NCBI GenBank assembly: GCA_038727095.1
Contig: JAVYWK010000011.1
Location: 1-62,310 of the forward strand
Direction of reading: 5' to 3'
Length of the DNA stretch: 62,310 bases
Source of the DNA: Thermofilaceae archaeon
GTDB taxonomy: Archaea; Thermoproteota; Thermoprotei; Thermofilales; Thermofilaceae
Positions 48,848 to 58,336 of this stretch are shown one piece after another (position 1 is the first letter of the stretch; the number at the start of each line of letters is the position of its first letter). The position numbers were made by a program, and so were the translations under genes. The notes beneath the pieces were generated by a model. The model worked only from the letters and a program-made list of their open reading frames with translations, ran no database searches and was not told the DNA's origin.

Positions 48848-49382
48848 CCTGCTTCTGCTCACCGTACATTTTCCGTATTTTTTCGAGAACTTTTTCAACT
48901 TTCCTCTCGTAATCCATCTTCTTCGCGAGGCCGCACACCCAGTTTCTCTCCGGGTCGTTCTGAACGGATGGGTGGTGGGGGTCTACCATGACAACTTCGT
49001 ACCACTTGTACATACCGTCTTCGCCAACCCAGTAGGAGCCGAGGACAACTAGATTTGGATACTTCCTTGCAGCTCTCTCTTCAGCGATCAACTGCGCGCT
49101 TTTATGCGGCGAATAGCCGTGCACACCCATCCTCTTCGGCCTCCTGCCGGAACGGGGGCGAAGCCTATTGAGCCCTCCCTTCCTTACCCGCACTCTAACG
49201 ACTAGGAAACCCGCCTTTGCTTTATAACCCAGCGCCCTCGCCCTATCGATGCGAGTCGGTTTATCGACTCTCACCACCGTTGGCTGCCTCCTCCACTCGA
49301 GAAGCCTCTTCTTGTACACCTCTGCTAGCGGCCCCTTCGTTGGTCGCTTCCACAGCTCTGCGACGTACTTGTAGTACCCCAT
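48822..49382 (-). CDS. rpl15e: 50S ribosomal protein eL15 (conserved C-terminal tail absent)
   Basis: [48 protein letters not shown]. Confidence 0.96.
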   Translation of the reverse strand: MGYYKYVAELWKRPTKGPLAEVYKKRLLEWRRQPTVVRVDKPTRIDRARALGYKAKAGFLVVRVRVRKGGLNRLRPRSGRRPKRMGVHGYSPHKSAQLIAEERAARKYPNLVVLGSYWVGEDGMYKWYEVVMVDPHHPSVQNDPERNWVCGLAKKMDYERKVEKVLEKIRKMYGEQKQDEQGSASS

Positions 49383-49454
49383 AGCTCTCCCGAAACCTTC
49401 TCGAGTCCACTTTTTAAACCCGATGATGCCTAAACCGTTCCGCAGCCTCTGCCG

Positions 49455-50387
49455 TTATTCGCCCTTGAGAGCGGCTAGCAGCCGGTCAGCCAGCAAGCGG
49501 GATACCCTTGCACCGGCTTCCCTAGTCTGAGCCCCAATATGCGGGGTCGCAATCACCTTAGGGTGCTTGATCAACTCCCACTCCCAATCCTCGCGCGGCG
49601 GCTCATTGTAGTTCACATCGGCAGCCACACCCTCCAGTATGCCTTCGTTTAACGCTCTAAGGAGTGCCTTCCCGTCCACGACCCATGCTCTGGATGTGTT
49701 GATCAAAAACGACCCTCTGGACATCAAGCGCAGATTCCTCTCGTTCAGTAGATAGTGCGTTTCAGCCGTGTAGGGGACGTGCAGCGTCACTAGCTCACAG
49801 GTTTTCAGTAGTTCCTCTAGATCTGTAGCGGGCTCAGCGCCTATGCTTGCCGCTTCGCGCATCAGCAGCTCCCTGTTCCTCCTATACGCGACAACATGAG
49901 CCCCCAAAGCAACCATTTTTCGCGCTACCAGGGAGCCGATCGTCCCTAAGCCAACCACGCCAACTCGCATACCTGACAGCTCTCGACCGATGAAAGCCCC
50001 CTTCTCCCACCTCCCCGATTTCAAGCTTTCAACGGCCTGCGGGATCGACCGTAGGAGGGAGAAGGCTAGGCCTATCGTTAGTTCGGCTACGGCGTTTGCA
50101 ACAGCTTCCGGGACGTTGATTACCTTGATACCTCTTCTGGTGGCTGCCTCAACATCGATGTTGTCCAAGCCCGCGCCGGCACGTGCGATCACTCTTAATG
50201 CGTCTGCTGCCATTATGACTTCGGCTGTGACCTTTGTCGCACTCCTAACGACAATCGCATCATAGCCCCGAACGACCTCCTTTAGAACTTCTGGAGGAGG
50301 TGTGCGAACTTGGACGACTTCTAAGCCGTGCTTCTTCAGCTCAGCGATGAAATCGGCGGGCATGGGGTCTGTTATGAGCACTTTCAC
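49455..50387 (-). CDS. D-2-hydroxyacid / D-3-phosphoglycerate dehydrogenase family
   Basis: VRSATKV, RAGAGLDNID, AVAELT, GLG.IG, LHVP, TPHIGAQT; no ACT domain. Confidence 0.92.
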   Translation of the reverse strand: MKVLITDPMPADFIAELKKHGLEVVQVRTPPPEVLKEVVRGYDAIVVRSATKVTAEVIMAADALRVIARAGAGLDNIDVEAATRRGIKVINVPEAVANAVAELTIGLAFSLLRSIPQAVESLKSGRWEKGAFIGRELSGMRVGVVGLGTIGSLVARKMVALGAHVVAYRRNRELLMREAASIGAEPATDLEELLKTCELVTLHVPYTAETHYLLNERNLRLMSRGSFLINTSRAWVVDGKALLRALNEGILEGVAADVNYNEPPREDWEWELIKHPKVIATPHIGAQTREAGARVSRLLADRLLAALKGE

Positions 50388-50423
50388 GGATACAGCCCCT
50401 CGCTGCCGTCTAAAACAGTAACG

Positions 50424-51206
50424 CTACAGGCCTGCGAAGAGCCCCTGCTGCCACCTTACGAAGCCGGAGTAGGCACCTGAAACGAGCGTCCACGCGAGAA
50501 CCATTATCAGCACGCAGCTGGCTGTCACGACGATATAGTCTCTCTTCTTCAGCTTCAGCTCTATGTACGGTTGCACCTTCTTTACAGCTCCAAATCCGCG
50601 GGATTCAAGTGCTTCTGCTACCATGAGACTCCGCCGCAGTTCGTAGATTATGAGTGGTACAAGAAGGTAGGTGTAGTTTCGTATGCGCTCTTTCAACCCT
50701 CCCCTCTCCAGCTCTAGACCCCGGCACTTTAACGCGTCGGATATTGTCTGGAGATCTCTAGCGAGGGAGGGGACAAAGCGCAGCGACATGGTGAACATGA
50801 TGCTATACTCACGTGGGATCCCCGAAAGCTCCAGCGCTGCAGCCAGTTCATCGGCAGTCGTCGTGAGGAAGAAGATCGAGAAGGCGGTTGTTAGGCACAG
50901 GAACCGTAGAGTCATAGTTGTTGATGTGAAGAGCCTGTGGGAGGGCAGTGTTAGGTAGTTTAGCGTGAAAATCATCACCAGTAGCATGGAGAGGCCTTTA
51001 AGAGACTGAAGCCACTCTCTCAGTGATCGACCTAGTTTCAGCAGGAAGGCTTCAAACAAGAGGAGTACGACCAGCGAGAGCACATCGTTGAGAGCGAGGG
51101 AAGTTGCGCTCAGCGCTACAAGTATGACGAACTTTGCGCGTGGATCGAGCGCATGTAGTGGCGTATTCTTGCGCCTGAATCTGAAGATATCGAGAACCTG
51201 GCTCAA
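50424..51206 (-). CDS. ecfT: ECF transporter transmembrane component T
   Basis: LH.LDPRAK, LRFVP, .RG and ESRGF motifs. Confidence 0.92.
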   Translation of the reverse strand: MSQVLDIFRFRRKNTPLHALDPRAKFVILVALSATSLALNDVLSLVVLLLFEAFLLKLGRSLREWLQSLKGLSMLLVMIFTLNYLTLPSHRLFTSTTMTLRFLCLTTAFSIFFLTTTADELAAALELSGIPREYSIMFTMSLRFVPSLARDLQTISDALKCRGLELERGGLKERIRNYTYLLVPLIIYELRRSLMVAEALESRGFGAVKKVQPYIELKLKKRDYIVVTASCVLIMVLAWTLVSGAYSGFVRWQQGLFAGL

Positions 51207-52042
51207 CGCTCACCACCACAGTGATTTAACAGCATTAACACTTCTGCGTACAGGCTTCCTGGCAGTAGGGGGGTTTTCTGAAACTTGATACCCTTGCCCA
51301 TTAGCTCGGAAGCCGCAGCAGGAATCTGGGGCATGAGCAGGCGGGCTGACTTTAAAGCTTCCGAGTCCGTCAGTACCTCCCACGCGGGACCCTCTCGTAT
51401 GATTGTACCACTGGCCATGAGAGCAACACGATCAGCCACCTGAATTGCGAACTCGACATCGTGCGTCACCAGTACCACACCCTTACCTCGGCGCTTCAGG
51501 CTAAGTATCAGCCTCGAGATCTTCGACTTGTTGTAGTAGTCCTGCCCAGCGGTGGGCTCGTCAAGCACAAGCACATCCGGTTCGTAGCAGAGCACGGCGG
51601 CTAGCGCGAGACGCTTCCTCTCCCCCACGCTTAGGTTGTAGGGCGATTTATCGCGGTAGCGCTTCAAATCGAACGCCTTCAACACTCGCTCGCTGATCTC
51701 GCGCGCCCTGTCGAGCGGGTAGCCCATGTTTCGCAGAGTAAACAGGATCTCCTCTTCCACGCTCTCCGCGAAAAGCTGATGGTCGGGGTTTTGGAAGACC
51801 AAACCCACTCGCCTAGCCAACTGGGCTACAGAGGCTTCCCTCGTGTCTACGCCGAAAACGAGGACCCTCCCCCGCTGCGGCTTCAGCAGGCCTGTGAAGT
51901 GCTTCACTAGAGTTGTTTTACCTGCGCCATTCTCTCCCATTAGCGCGAGAACCTCGCCTGTCCGCAGGAGCAGTGATACTCCCTTCAAGACAGGCTGCGA
52001 ATCGTAGGCGAAGTAGACGTTCTCTACTTTTATCGCCTCCAC
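51203..52042 (-). CDS. ecfA2: ECF transporter ATPase A2
   Basis: GENGAGKT, FQNPDHQLF, LS.GE, DEPTAGQD. Confidence 0.92.
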   Translation of the reverse strand: MEAIKVENVYFAYDSQPVLKGVSLLLRTGEVLALMGENGAGKTTLVKHFTGLLKPQRGRVLVFGVDTREASVAQLARRVGLVFQNPDHQLFAESVEEEILFTLRNMGYPLDRAREISERVLKAFDLKRYRDKSPYNLSVGERKRLALAAVLCYEPDVLVLDEPTAGQDYYNKSKISRLILSLKRRGKGVVLVTHDVEFAIQVADRVALMASGTIIREGPAWEVLTDSEALKSARLLMPQIPAAASELMGKGIKFQKTPLLPGSLYAEVLMLLNHCGGER

Positions 52043-52875
52043 CTCCTTATCACCTCGACCACCTCCTTTGAGAGATCCTCGGGCGTGAGCGGCGGGTAGC
52101 CCTGCACCAGTCCTCTCTTCTTTAACAGCTCGTGGGCCAGAACGACTGGGGGTACCCCTACAAGCCCTAGAACCTTATCCACGGCAGCATGAGGCTCGTC
52201 GTCTACCATTATCTCCCCCCTATCCATGGCGATTAAGCGTGTGGCGAACTTCAGCGCGAGCTCCATCCGGTGTTCAACAACTATGGTTACAACCTTCCTC
52301 TCGTCCACAAGCCTTCTTACCAGTGAGAGTATCTCGAGCGCACTCAGAGGGTCTAGGTTGGCTGTGGGCTCATCCATCGCTAGGACTTCGGGCTCTAATA
52401 CCATTACAGAAGCGATAGCCACCTTCTGCTGCTGACCCCCACTCAGCTCGTAGGGCGCCTTATCTCTCAGCCCCTCTAAACCGAAGAGCCTTAGAGCCTC
52501 TTCAACCCTCCTTTTTATCTCACTCCTGGGCAACCCCATGTTCTCCAGGCCAAAAGCGATCTCCCTCTCAACGCTAGACAGGAACAGCTGGTTCTCCGGA
52601 TCCTGAAAGACCATCCCTACATGCCTAGCGAGGATGTGTGTTGGCGTCCGCTTCACATCGAGGCCTGCAACGCGCGCTTCCCCCCGAAACTCGCCCTCGT
52701 AGAAGTGGGGTATCAGTCCGTTCAGCACTCTAAGAAGGGTGCTCTTCCCACAGCCCGAGGGCCCCACTAGGACTATGAACTCTCCTCTATCGGCTGAGAG
52801 CGTAACCCCTCTCAACGCGTACTCGTCACTCCCCTGGTACCTGAAGTAGACGTCGCTCAGCTCTATGACAGCCAC
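52030..52875 (-). CDS. ecfA1: ECF transporter ATPase A1
   Basis: GPSGCGKST, FQDPENQ, LSGGQQQ, DEPTANLDP. Confidence 0.92.
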   Translation of the reverse strand: MAVIELSDVYFRYQGSDEYALRGVTLSADRGEFIVLVGPSGCGKSTLLRVLNGLIPHFYEGEFRGEARVAGLDVKRTPTHILARHVGMVFQDPENQLFLSSVEREIAFGLENMGLPRSEIKRRVEEALRLFGLEGLRDKAPYELSGGQQQKVAIASVMVLEPEVLAMDEPTANLDPLSALEILSLVRRLVDERKVVTIVVEHRMELALKFATRLIAMDRGEIMVDDEPHAAVDKVLGLVGVPPVVLAHELLKKRGLVQGYPPLTPEDLSKEVVEVIRRWRR

Positions 52876-52917
52876 GCTGCTGCCCTCGAATATGTTCCGC
52901 TTATAAAACTAAGGTGC

Positions 52918-54132
52918 TCAGCGGCCCGTAAAGATCTTTACGACCATCCTGTTCTGCAGTACAGCGTCGGCGCCCAGCCTCCTCTTCGTCCTCACATCCA
53001 GTGCTGCAATGAACTTGTCGCCAAGCTCGGTATGGATAGCGTAGGCCAATTCCCTTGCCGTCGACCCTCTTCTCATCAGGTATACCTCTGGAAGAACCCT
53101 GCCCTCACTATCCGTTAGCGTCTGCTCGTCGGCGACGGGGAACACGGCTACGCGGCCGAGAACGTTGAAGACCGTGGTGTTGAGCACCTCTTGAACGCCT
53201 GTTGAGCCCCACACCTTCAGGACGCTCTTCCTTATGTACTCGAGGGCCGCTTCCTGCTTAGCTGTCAGCTTCCCGATCACCTCGAAGTCCCTGTCGCCGG
53301 GGAGGTACCTTATCAGCCCCGCTGCCGCAGCCCTTCTGAGCGCCAGCTCTGACTCGGCTGACGTAGGTATGACTACATAGCGATTCTTAAGAGCCCCCCT
53401 CATCCTCTCGATGTTAGATGCTGCAACCGCCAAATCGGCTTTGTTGGCCGCGATCACCATCGGTTTAGCTCTCACCCTCATCTCGCGGATAAAGGTAGTC
53501 AGGTCATCTCTCGTCCACAAGGTGGGTCTCTTGCTGTGCAGCCCGGCGTGCTCTATCGCCTCCACTATCGAGGCTCGGCTCACCTCTAAACCGCTCAACC
53601 TCTTGTAGAGCTCATCCTCCACCTTTGACCCTGTGGCTTCGATAGTCATGGCAAACCTCCTCCAGTCCTTCTCGAGCATGTCGAGAATCCACATGTCGAG
53701 CTCGCGCTCAAGGAACTGGACGTCCTCGAGAGGATCGTGGCTACCCGGCTCAACGGGTCTACCCTCGCTGTCAGTTGACCCGGCTGCATCAACTACGTGG
53801 ATTAACGCGTCGGCTCTCCGCAGGTGGTCGAGGAACCTGTTCCCCAAGCCACGGCCCTGCCACGCGTCTGGCACGAGGCCGGCCACGTCTAGCAGCTCAA
53901 CCGGCGCAAAGCGCCAACCGTTAACGCAGAAGGAGCCAACGGGATTATCGGTTACACCGAACTCCTTGCACACGCACTCGAGCCTCACGTAACCGATGCC
54001 CACGTTCGGTTCAATAGTGGTGAATGGGTAGGGAGCAATTTTGACGCTTTGAAGCGTAGCCGCTGCAAATAACGTGCTTTTCCCGGTGTTAGGCTTCCCC
54101 ACGATACCGAGCTGTACGCTTGGTCTTGCCAT
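52918..54132 (-). CDS. translation-associated OBG-family NTPase (YchF/Ygr210-like) with TGS domain
   Basis: GKPNTGKST, YPFTTIEPN, DVAGLVP.A..GRGLGN.FL, ANK.D, IHT.L. Confidence 0.93.
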   Translation of the reverse strand: MARPSVQLGIVGKPNTGKSTLFAAATLQSVKIAPYPFTTIEPNVGIGYVRLECVCKEFGVTDNPVGSFCVNGWRFAPVELLDVAGLVPDAWQGRGLGNRFLDHLRRADALIHVVDAAGSTDSEGRPVEPGSHDPLEDVQFLERELDMWILDMLEKDWRRFAMTIEATGSKVEDELYKRLSGLEVSRASIVEAIEHAGLHSKRPTLWTRDDLTTFIREMRVRAKPMVIAANKADLAVAASNIERMRGALKNRYVVIPTSAESELALRRAAAAGLIRYLPGDRDFEVIGKLTAKQEAALEYIRKSVLKVWGSTGVQEVLNTTVFNVLGRVAVFPVADEQTLTDSEGRVLPEVYLMRRGSTARELAYAIHTELGDKFIAALDVRTKRRLGADAVLQNRMVVKIFTGR

Positions 54133-54185
54133 CTATAGGCTTAGGTTTTTACCGCGCTTTATCGTTTTGGTGGGCCTCAACGACA

Positions 54186-55400
54186 ATGGTGATCTTCGGC
54201 GAGGATCTAGCAGCCTGCCTGGCAGCCCACGAGATCCGAAAAATCAACAGGCGGGAAGAGGTGATAATCGTCCGGTCAAGCAGGAGCATTGGATACTCAC
54301 GCCGGCTGCTGCCCTACTACGCCGCTGGTCTCGTGGAGAGAGCGGAGTTGATTCCGGGAGGTCTACTAGAGGTCGCAGACCTGGTGACCATTGCCTCGAG
54401 CGAGGCCGTATCGTACGGCGATGGTTACCTAATGGTGGATGGCAGGCAGATCGCTAAGCCGGTTGTGCTGGTGTCCGCCTGGCCGCTGCTCAATCGGAGA
54501 GGAGCAGTCAACATTCTCACGCCTGAAGACACAGAAGCCCTCCGAGATGCTTTACAGGCTGCGAAGGAAGCATTCGTCACCGGCGGCGTCGCCGCGCTAC
54601 CCGTAGTAGACGCTCTTGCCACGGCCGGGTGGAAAGTTTCGCTAACGTGGAACTGCGAGGAGTTCGATAGCGACGTAGAGTCCGTACTGATCAACGAGCT
54701 CCAAAGAGGGGGAAACGTGAGACTAGTCTCTGAGCCCCCCTCTGATGCTCCACTGCTGATCAACTTTGGCGGCGGCGATCCACCTAGTTTACCCCTCGGG
54801 AGAAGAGCAACGGAAGGCTTCATACCTGTCGATTCTAGCTGCAGAGTTGCGGGATCAGACTTGCACGCTATCGGCTTAGCTACGAAGGTTGCCGAGCCCG
54901 AGGGCTTTAAGCACCGCGTCGCGTGCGAAGAAGAGGTACTATTACAGGCTATGAACTTCGCTGCGTTTAAAGTGAAAGCCCCCTTCCCTCCGTTGAGGCG
55001 TTACTTCGTCGCTAGATTCGGAGGCCGCGTTTACGCGTCTTTCGGGCTCACCATGGGTGAGGCCGAGAGTATAGGCTACGACGTAGCAGCGACGAGAATT
55101 AGGGGGTGGGGCCGCTGCAGCGATGTTCTACTGAAGGCTATCGCCTCCCGCGAGGGTCACGTTTTGGGACTGCAAGTAGCTATCAATGAGGAATTCGCTT
55201 GGATTCTAGGTTTACTCTACTTCATCGTACTATCGAGAGCAAAGCTCCACGAAGTCTCCCGAGCGATTAGCCCCATCGATTTGCAAAACCCATCTTTCGA
55301 AGGCATATTCGATAAGGCGTTCAAGGCCCTCCTGAGGAAGGCGATGCTGCGGAGCTTAGCCAGAACCTCGCAGCGCCTGACGGGCGAGTTAAACCCCTGA
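54186..55400 (+). CDS. degenerate NADH oxidase / CoA-disulfide reductase-like flavoprotein
   Basis: Layout AA..IR....E, LPYY, G.I.VD, HAIG, A.FGLT..EA...G matches the family, but GxGxxG and the catalytic Cys are missing. Confidence 0.7.
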   Translation: MVIFGEDLAACLAAHEIRKINRREEVIIVRSSRSIGYSRRLLPYYAAGLVERAELIPGGLLEVADLVTIASSEAVSYGDGYLMVDGRQIAKPVVLVSAWPLLNRRGAVNILTPEDTEALRDALQAAKEAFVTGGVAALPVVDALATAGWKVSLTWNCEEFDSDVESVLINELQRGGNVRLVSEPPSDAPLLINFGGGDPPSLPLGRRATEGFIPVDSSCRVAGSDLHAIGLATKVAEPEGFKHRVACEEEVLLQAMNFAAFKVKAPFPPLRRYFVARFGGRVYASFGLTMGEAESIGYDVAATRIRGWGRCSDVLLKAIASREGHVLGLQVAINEEFAWILGLLYFIVLSRAKLHEVSRAISPIDLQNPSFEGIFDKAFKALLRKAMLRSLARTSQRLTGELNP

Positions 55401-55802
55401 TCGATCCCCGATTATTTGAAGCCACGGGTTGTCCTTGACGAAGCTGGGTAGTTCTGTGAAACCACCGGCGTCCCATTGCGCCGTACCTGCAGAGGATAGG
55501 GCGGCTAAAAGCCTGTTCAAGGTTTCGTTCAGCCTGTCTATGGACGCTTTCAACTCGTATATCGCCTCGAGTAGCACCTCGGCATCTTCCATCGTTTTCA
55601 CCGAAGCCCTACCACCGCTGGTCGAGGGATCTTCTGTTGAGGAAGGTAAGCGCCCGTACAGCTTTCTGTACTTGTAGAGTGCCTTGTAGACGGTTTTGAT
55701 GGAGACTCCAAGCTCGCTGGCGAGCTCCTTAGCCTTAGGCGGAGGATACCTGGACGAATACCTCGCCACGATCAGGCTTTCCGTCCTCGTTAAACCTTCC
55801 AC
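55389..55802 (-). CDS. HTH DNA-binding protein with coiled coil and LPSFxxDNPW tail
   Basis: KELASELGVSIKTVYKAL HTH and a heptad segment. GTG 55802 chosen; the ORF track extends to 55904. Confidence 0.75.
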   Translation of the reverse strand: MEGLTRTESLIVARYSSRYPPPKAKELASELGVSIKTVYKALYKYRKLYGRLPSSTEDPSTSGGRASVKTMEDAEVLLEAIYELKASIDRLNETLNRLLAALSSAGTAQWDAGGFTELPSFVKDNPWLQIIGDRSGV

Positions 55803-55937
55803 AAAGACGAGGGAAAGCGACGGTATTTGGGCTCCGCGAAAAACCTCGAAACTTTCGCAGCGTTCAGTTAAGCATCGCGCAAGTGCTGCTTCACCGGAGA
55901 ACAAAAATAAAATTGATCGTACAACTTAAACCATTGA

Positions 55938-56660
55938 ATGGAGCGTTCGATCGTCATCGCGGCCTTTAGCGACGTGCATGGACCTCGACACCTGCAGTAC
56001 CTGAAGAATTCGATAGCAATCATCGAGCAAGCAGACTTGGTACTGGTTGCTGGCGATATCGTAGATAAAGGCGCTCCACAGCATTGCCGTCTCGTCATGG
56101 ATGTGGTTCGTTCCGTCTATAAGGGCCCGGTATACGCTATCTTCGGTAACGAGGAGTACGATGAGATCGAAAAAGAGCTGAGAAGCATTTGCTCCGAAGT
56201 ATTATGGCTTAAGGACGAGTTGGTCAGCCTTGAAGTGAAGGGTATCTCACTCTCCATCATCGGCACGCGCGGCATTTTAGACGAACCGACTGCTTGGCAG
56301 AGGAGGAACATACCGAACATCAAGGCCATCTACGAGCGGCGTCTCAAGACAATCGTTAACCTGCTCGTCGAGGCTAAGAAGAGATCCCGCTACACCATCC
56401 TGCTTACGCACTATGCCCCTATCTGCTCAACGCTGAACGGCGAACGCCCGAGCATTTGGACCCAGATGGGATCGCGACGGTTAACAGAAGCGATCCTCCG
56501 CTACCAGCCGGAGCTGGTGATCCACGGGCACGCTCACAACAGCGCGAAGACTTTCACGCAGCTCGGCTTAACCAAAGTCTACAATGTGGCCCTACCCCCG
56601 GTCAAAAGGGTCACTTCGATAGAGCTGCCTATCGAGATTGGCTTGGAAAAGTTCTTCTGA
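55938..56660 (+). CDS. calcineurin-like metallophosphoesterase
   Basis: SDVHG, AGD..D, GNEE, THY.P, HGHAH motifs. Confidence 0.92.
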   Translation: MERSIVIAAFSDVHGPRHLQYLKNSIAIIEQADLVLVAGDIVDKGAPQHCRLVMDVVRSVYKGPVYAIFGNEEYDEIEKELRSICSEVLWLKDELVSLEVKGISLSIIGTRGILDEPTAWQRRNIPNIKAIYERRLKTIVNLLVEAKKRSRYTILLTHYAPICSTLNGERPSIWTQMGSRRLTEAILRYQPELVIHGHAHNSAKTFTQLGLTKVYNVALPPVKRVTSIELPIEIGLEKFF

Positions 56661-56673
56661 ACCTCTACTGAGC

Positions 56674-57096
56674 TTAGTGTACGATGGCCGTTTGCTTCTC
56701 CTTTAATTTCTTCTTTCCTTTCTTTTGTCGGCTCTTTTCCAGGAGCTCCTTCGGTAAGATCTCCTGTTCTAGCACCTCAACTATTGGTATCACGATGTAT
56801 TTGCTATCGTTAACGTAACTTTCACTTACTTGAACTTCCCCGGTGAACCTGTTGAACAGCAGGTATTTCCCTGCAATCACGCCCTCGGTTTCGCAGTAGT
56901 ATATCGACACAGCGTCGTAAGCTGGGAAAGGCACATAAAGAACGCTTCTAGCATCAACGTTTACTCGATGTACGATGAAAAGCTGTGCAGCAACAGCTAT
57001 GTTAACCAAATCTTCAACGCTCTTTACCCTCACGAGGTACGGCTTAGCCACAGTCGACCCCTGCTGCCTAGCGTACACTATGCCTTCATTGTACAT
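56674..57096 (-). CDS. hypothetical protein
   Basis: 140-aa ORF (V.S..DL, KY.L.N..GE, IPI.EV) with a Lys-rich tail; start may be GTG 57051. Confidence 0.75.
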   Translation of the reverse strand: MYNEGIVYARQQGSTVAKPYLVRVKSVEDLVNIAVAAQLFIVHRVNVDARSVLYVPFPAYDAVSIYYCETEGVIAGKYLLFNRFTGEVQVSESYVNDSKYIVIPIVEVLEQEILPKELLEKSRQKKGKKKLKEKQTAIVH

Positions 57097-57187
57097 CTAT
57101 AAAGTTAGCGCGTACTCCGGAAGCCGTCGCTCAGGCGCAGCAAAACTCAGAATAACTCTTTAAAGGTTTTCGAAAGACTCGGAGAGT

Positions 57188-58327
57188 ATGAGCAGTGAAG
57201 TGGTTCCCGCTAACGAAAAACAGAAGCAGTTCCTAGCCGCACTTGAGAGCCATGACGTCGACGTCGTGGGAGCTTTTGGGCCGAGCGGGACTGGAAAGAG
57301 CTTCATAACCTGCTTATTCTCCTTGAAAGCGATCAGTGAGGGTAAGTACTCGCGCTTCGTCATCGTGCGCCCCCTCGTCGATGTGAGCAGCGGGAAAAGG
57401 TACACGGCCATTGAGCTTGGCAACCTCTTCTTCGATCTGGCGGCTTCATACTTGTACGATCTAGTGGGCGGCATATATGGTAGCGAGCATATTAGGAGGC
57501 TACTCAATGAGGGGAAGATACTTCTGGCGGACCCGAGCTTCCTGTTTGGTAGAACATTCGATAATACGTTGCTCTTCCTCGACGACGCTCAGCACGTGCC
57601 GCCGGAAGTGGTGCACGAGGCTCTACTGAGGTTGGGCAACTCGTCCAAGCTTGTGATCGCCGGGGATCCGGTCTTCCAAGCGTGGAGCGCCTCCAATGGG
57701 GCAGCCGTGGCTCGTGAGCTGCTGTTGGGACTCGATAGAACCTTCGTGGTGGACTTTGGCATTCACGACATCGTGAGACCTGGAGCTAAAAGGGCGTTCA
57801 AGCTTGCGTTAGAGGCTCGCGTCAGGGCGAGGACGTTGAGCGAGGAGGAGAGGAAGCTGCTCAGTTTGGCTTATACCCATGCACCCGACGCGCAACTGGT
57901 GAGTGTGGTGGATCTAAGGCCTTTCAAGGAGAAGTATTCGATCAAGACGTCGCCGGACGCTATTCTGATATCAAAAGAGGGTTACCTTGGCCGCCTGATA
58001 GGTAAGGGTGGCGAACGCATCGAAAGGATCGAGAAGGAGAGCGGCTTATCACTACGGGGTGTAGAGCTTACGCTCGACCTTAAACAGCTGATCACCGCGA
58101 TACACCCAATCGGGTGGATTAGAAGGCACATAGGTGGGGTTGACATCGTCGCGACGAACTTGGAAGTGGAGGTGGATTCAGAAAACCTTGGTGCTTTTGT
58201 CGGACAGAGAGGTGCTTTCATCAGATTCCTCGATGAGACTTTCCATAATCTTATGGGTATAGGAGTTAAAGTAAAGAGTGTTGAAGTTGAGAAAAAGGAA
58301 ACTAAAAAGAAAAGAGAGAGAAGATAA
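57188..58327 (+). CDS. PhoH-family ATPase with C-terminal KH domains
   Basis: GPSGTGKS, GRTFD, DDAQ, RLG..SKL..AGD, GRLIGKGG and GAFVGQRG KH loops. Confidence 0.9.
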   Translation: MSSEVVPANEKQKQFLAALESHDVDVVGAFGPSGTGKSFITCLFSLKAISEGKYSRFVIVRPLVDVSSGKRYTAIELGNLFFDLAASYLYDLVGGIYGSEHIRRLLNEGKILLADPSFLFGRTFDNTLLFLDDAQHVPPEVVHEALLRLGNSSKLVIAGDPVFQAWSASNGAAVARELLLGLDRTFVVDFGIHDIVRPGAKRAFKLALEARVRARTLSEEERKLLSLAYTHAPDAQLVSVVDLRPFKEKYSIKTSPDAILISKEGYLGRLIGKGGERIERIEKESGLSLRGVELTLDLKQLITAIHPIGWIRRHIGGVDIVATNLEVEVDSENLGAFVGQRGAFIRFLDETFHNLMGIGVKVKSVEVEKKETKKKRERR

Positions 58328-58336
58328 AGATCAGTT

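Noticed and set aside
49420-49470. ATGATG followed by TTGA about 45 nt later
   Set aside because: D' and C' boxes are degenerate, and the 3' half lies in the dehydrogenase CDS.
50424-52875. ECF module lacking an S component
   Set aside because: Normal for group II ECF transporters, which share S components encoded elsewhere.
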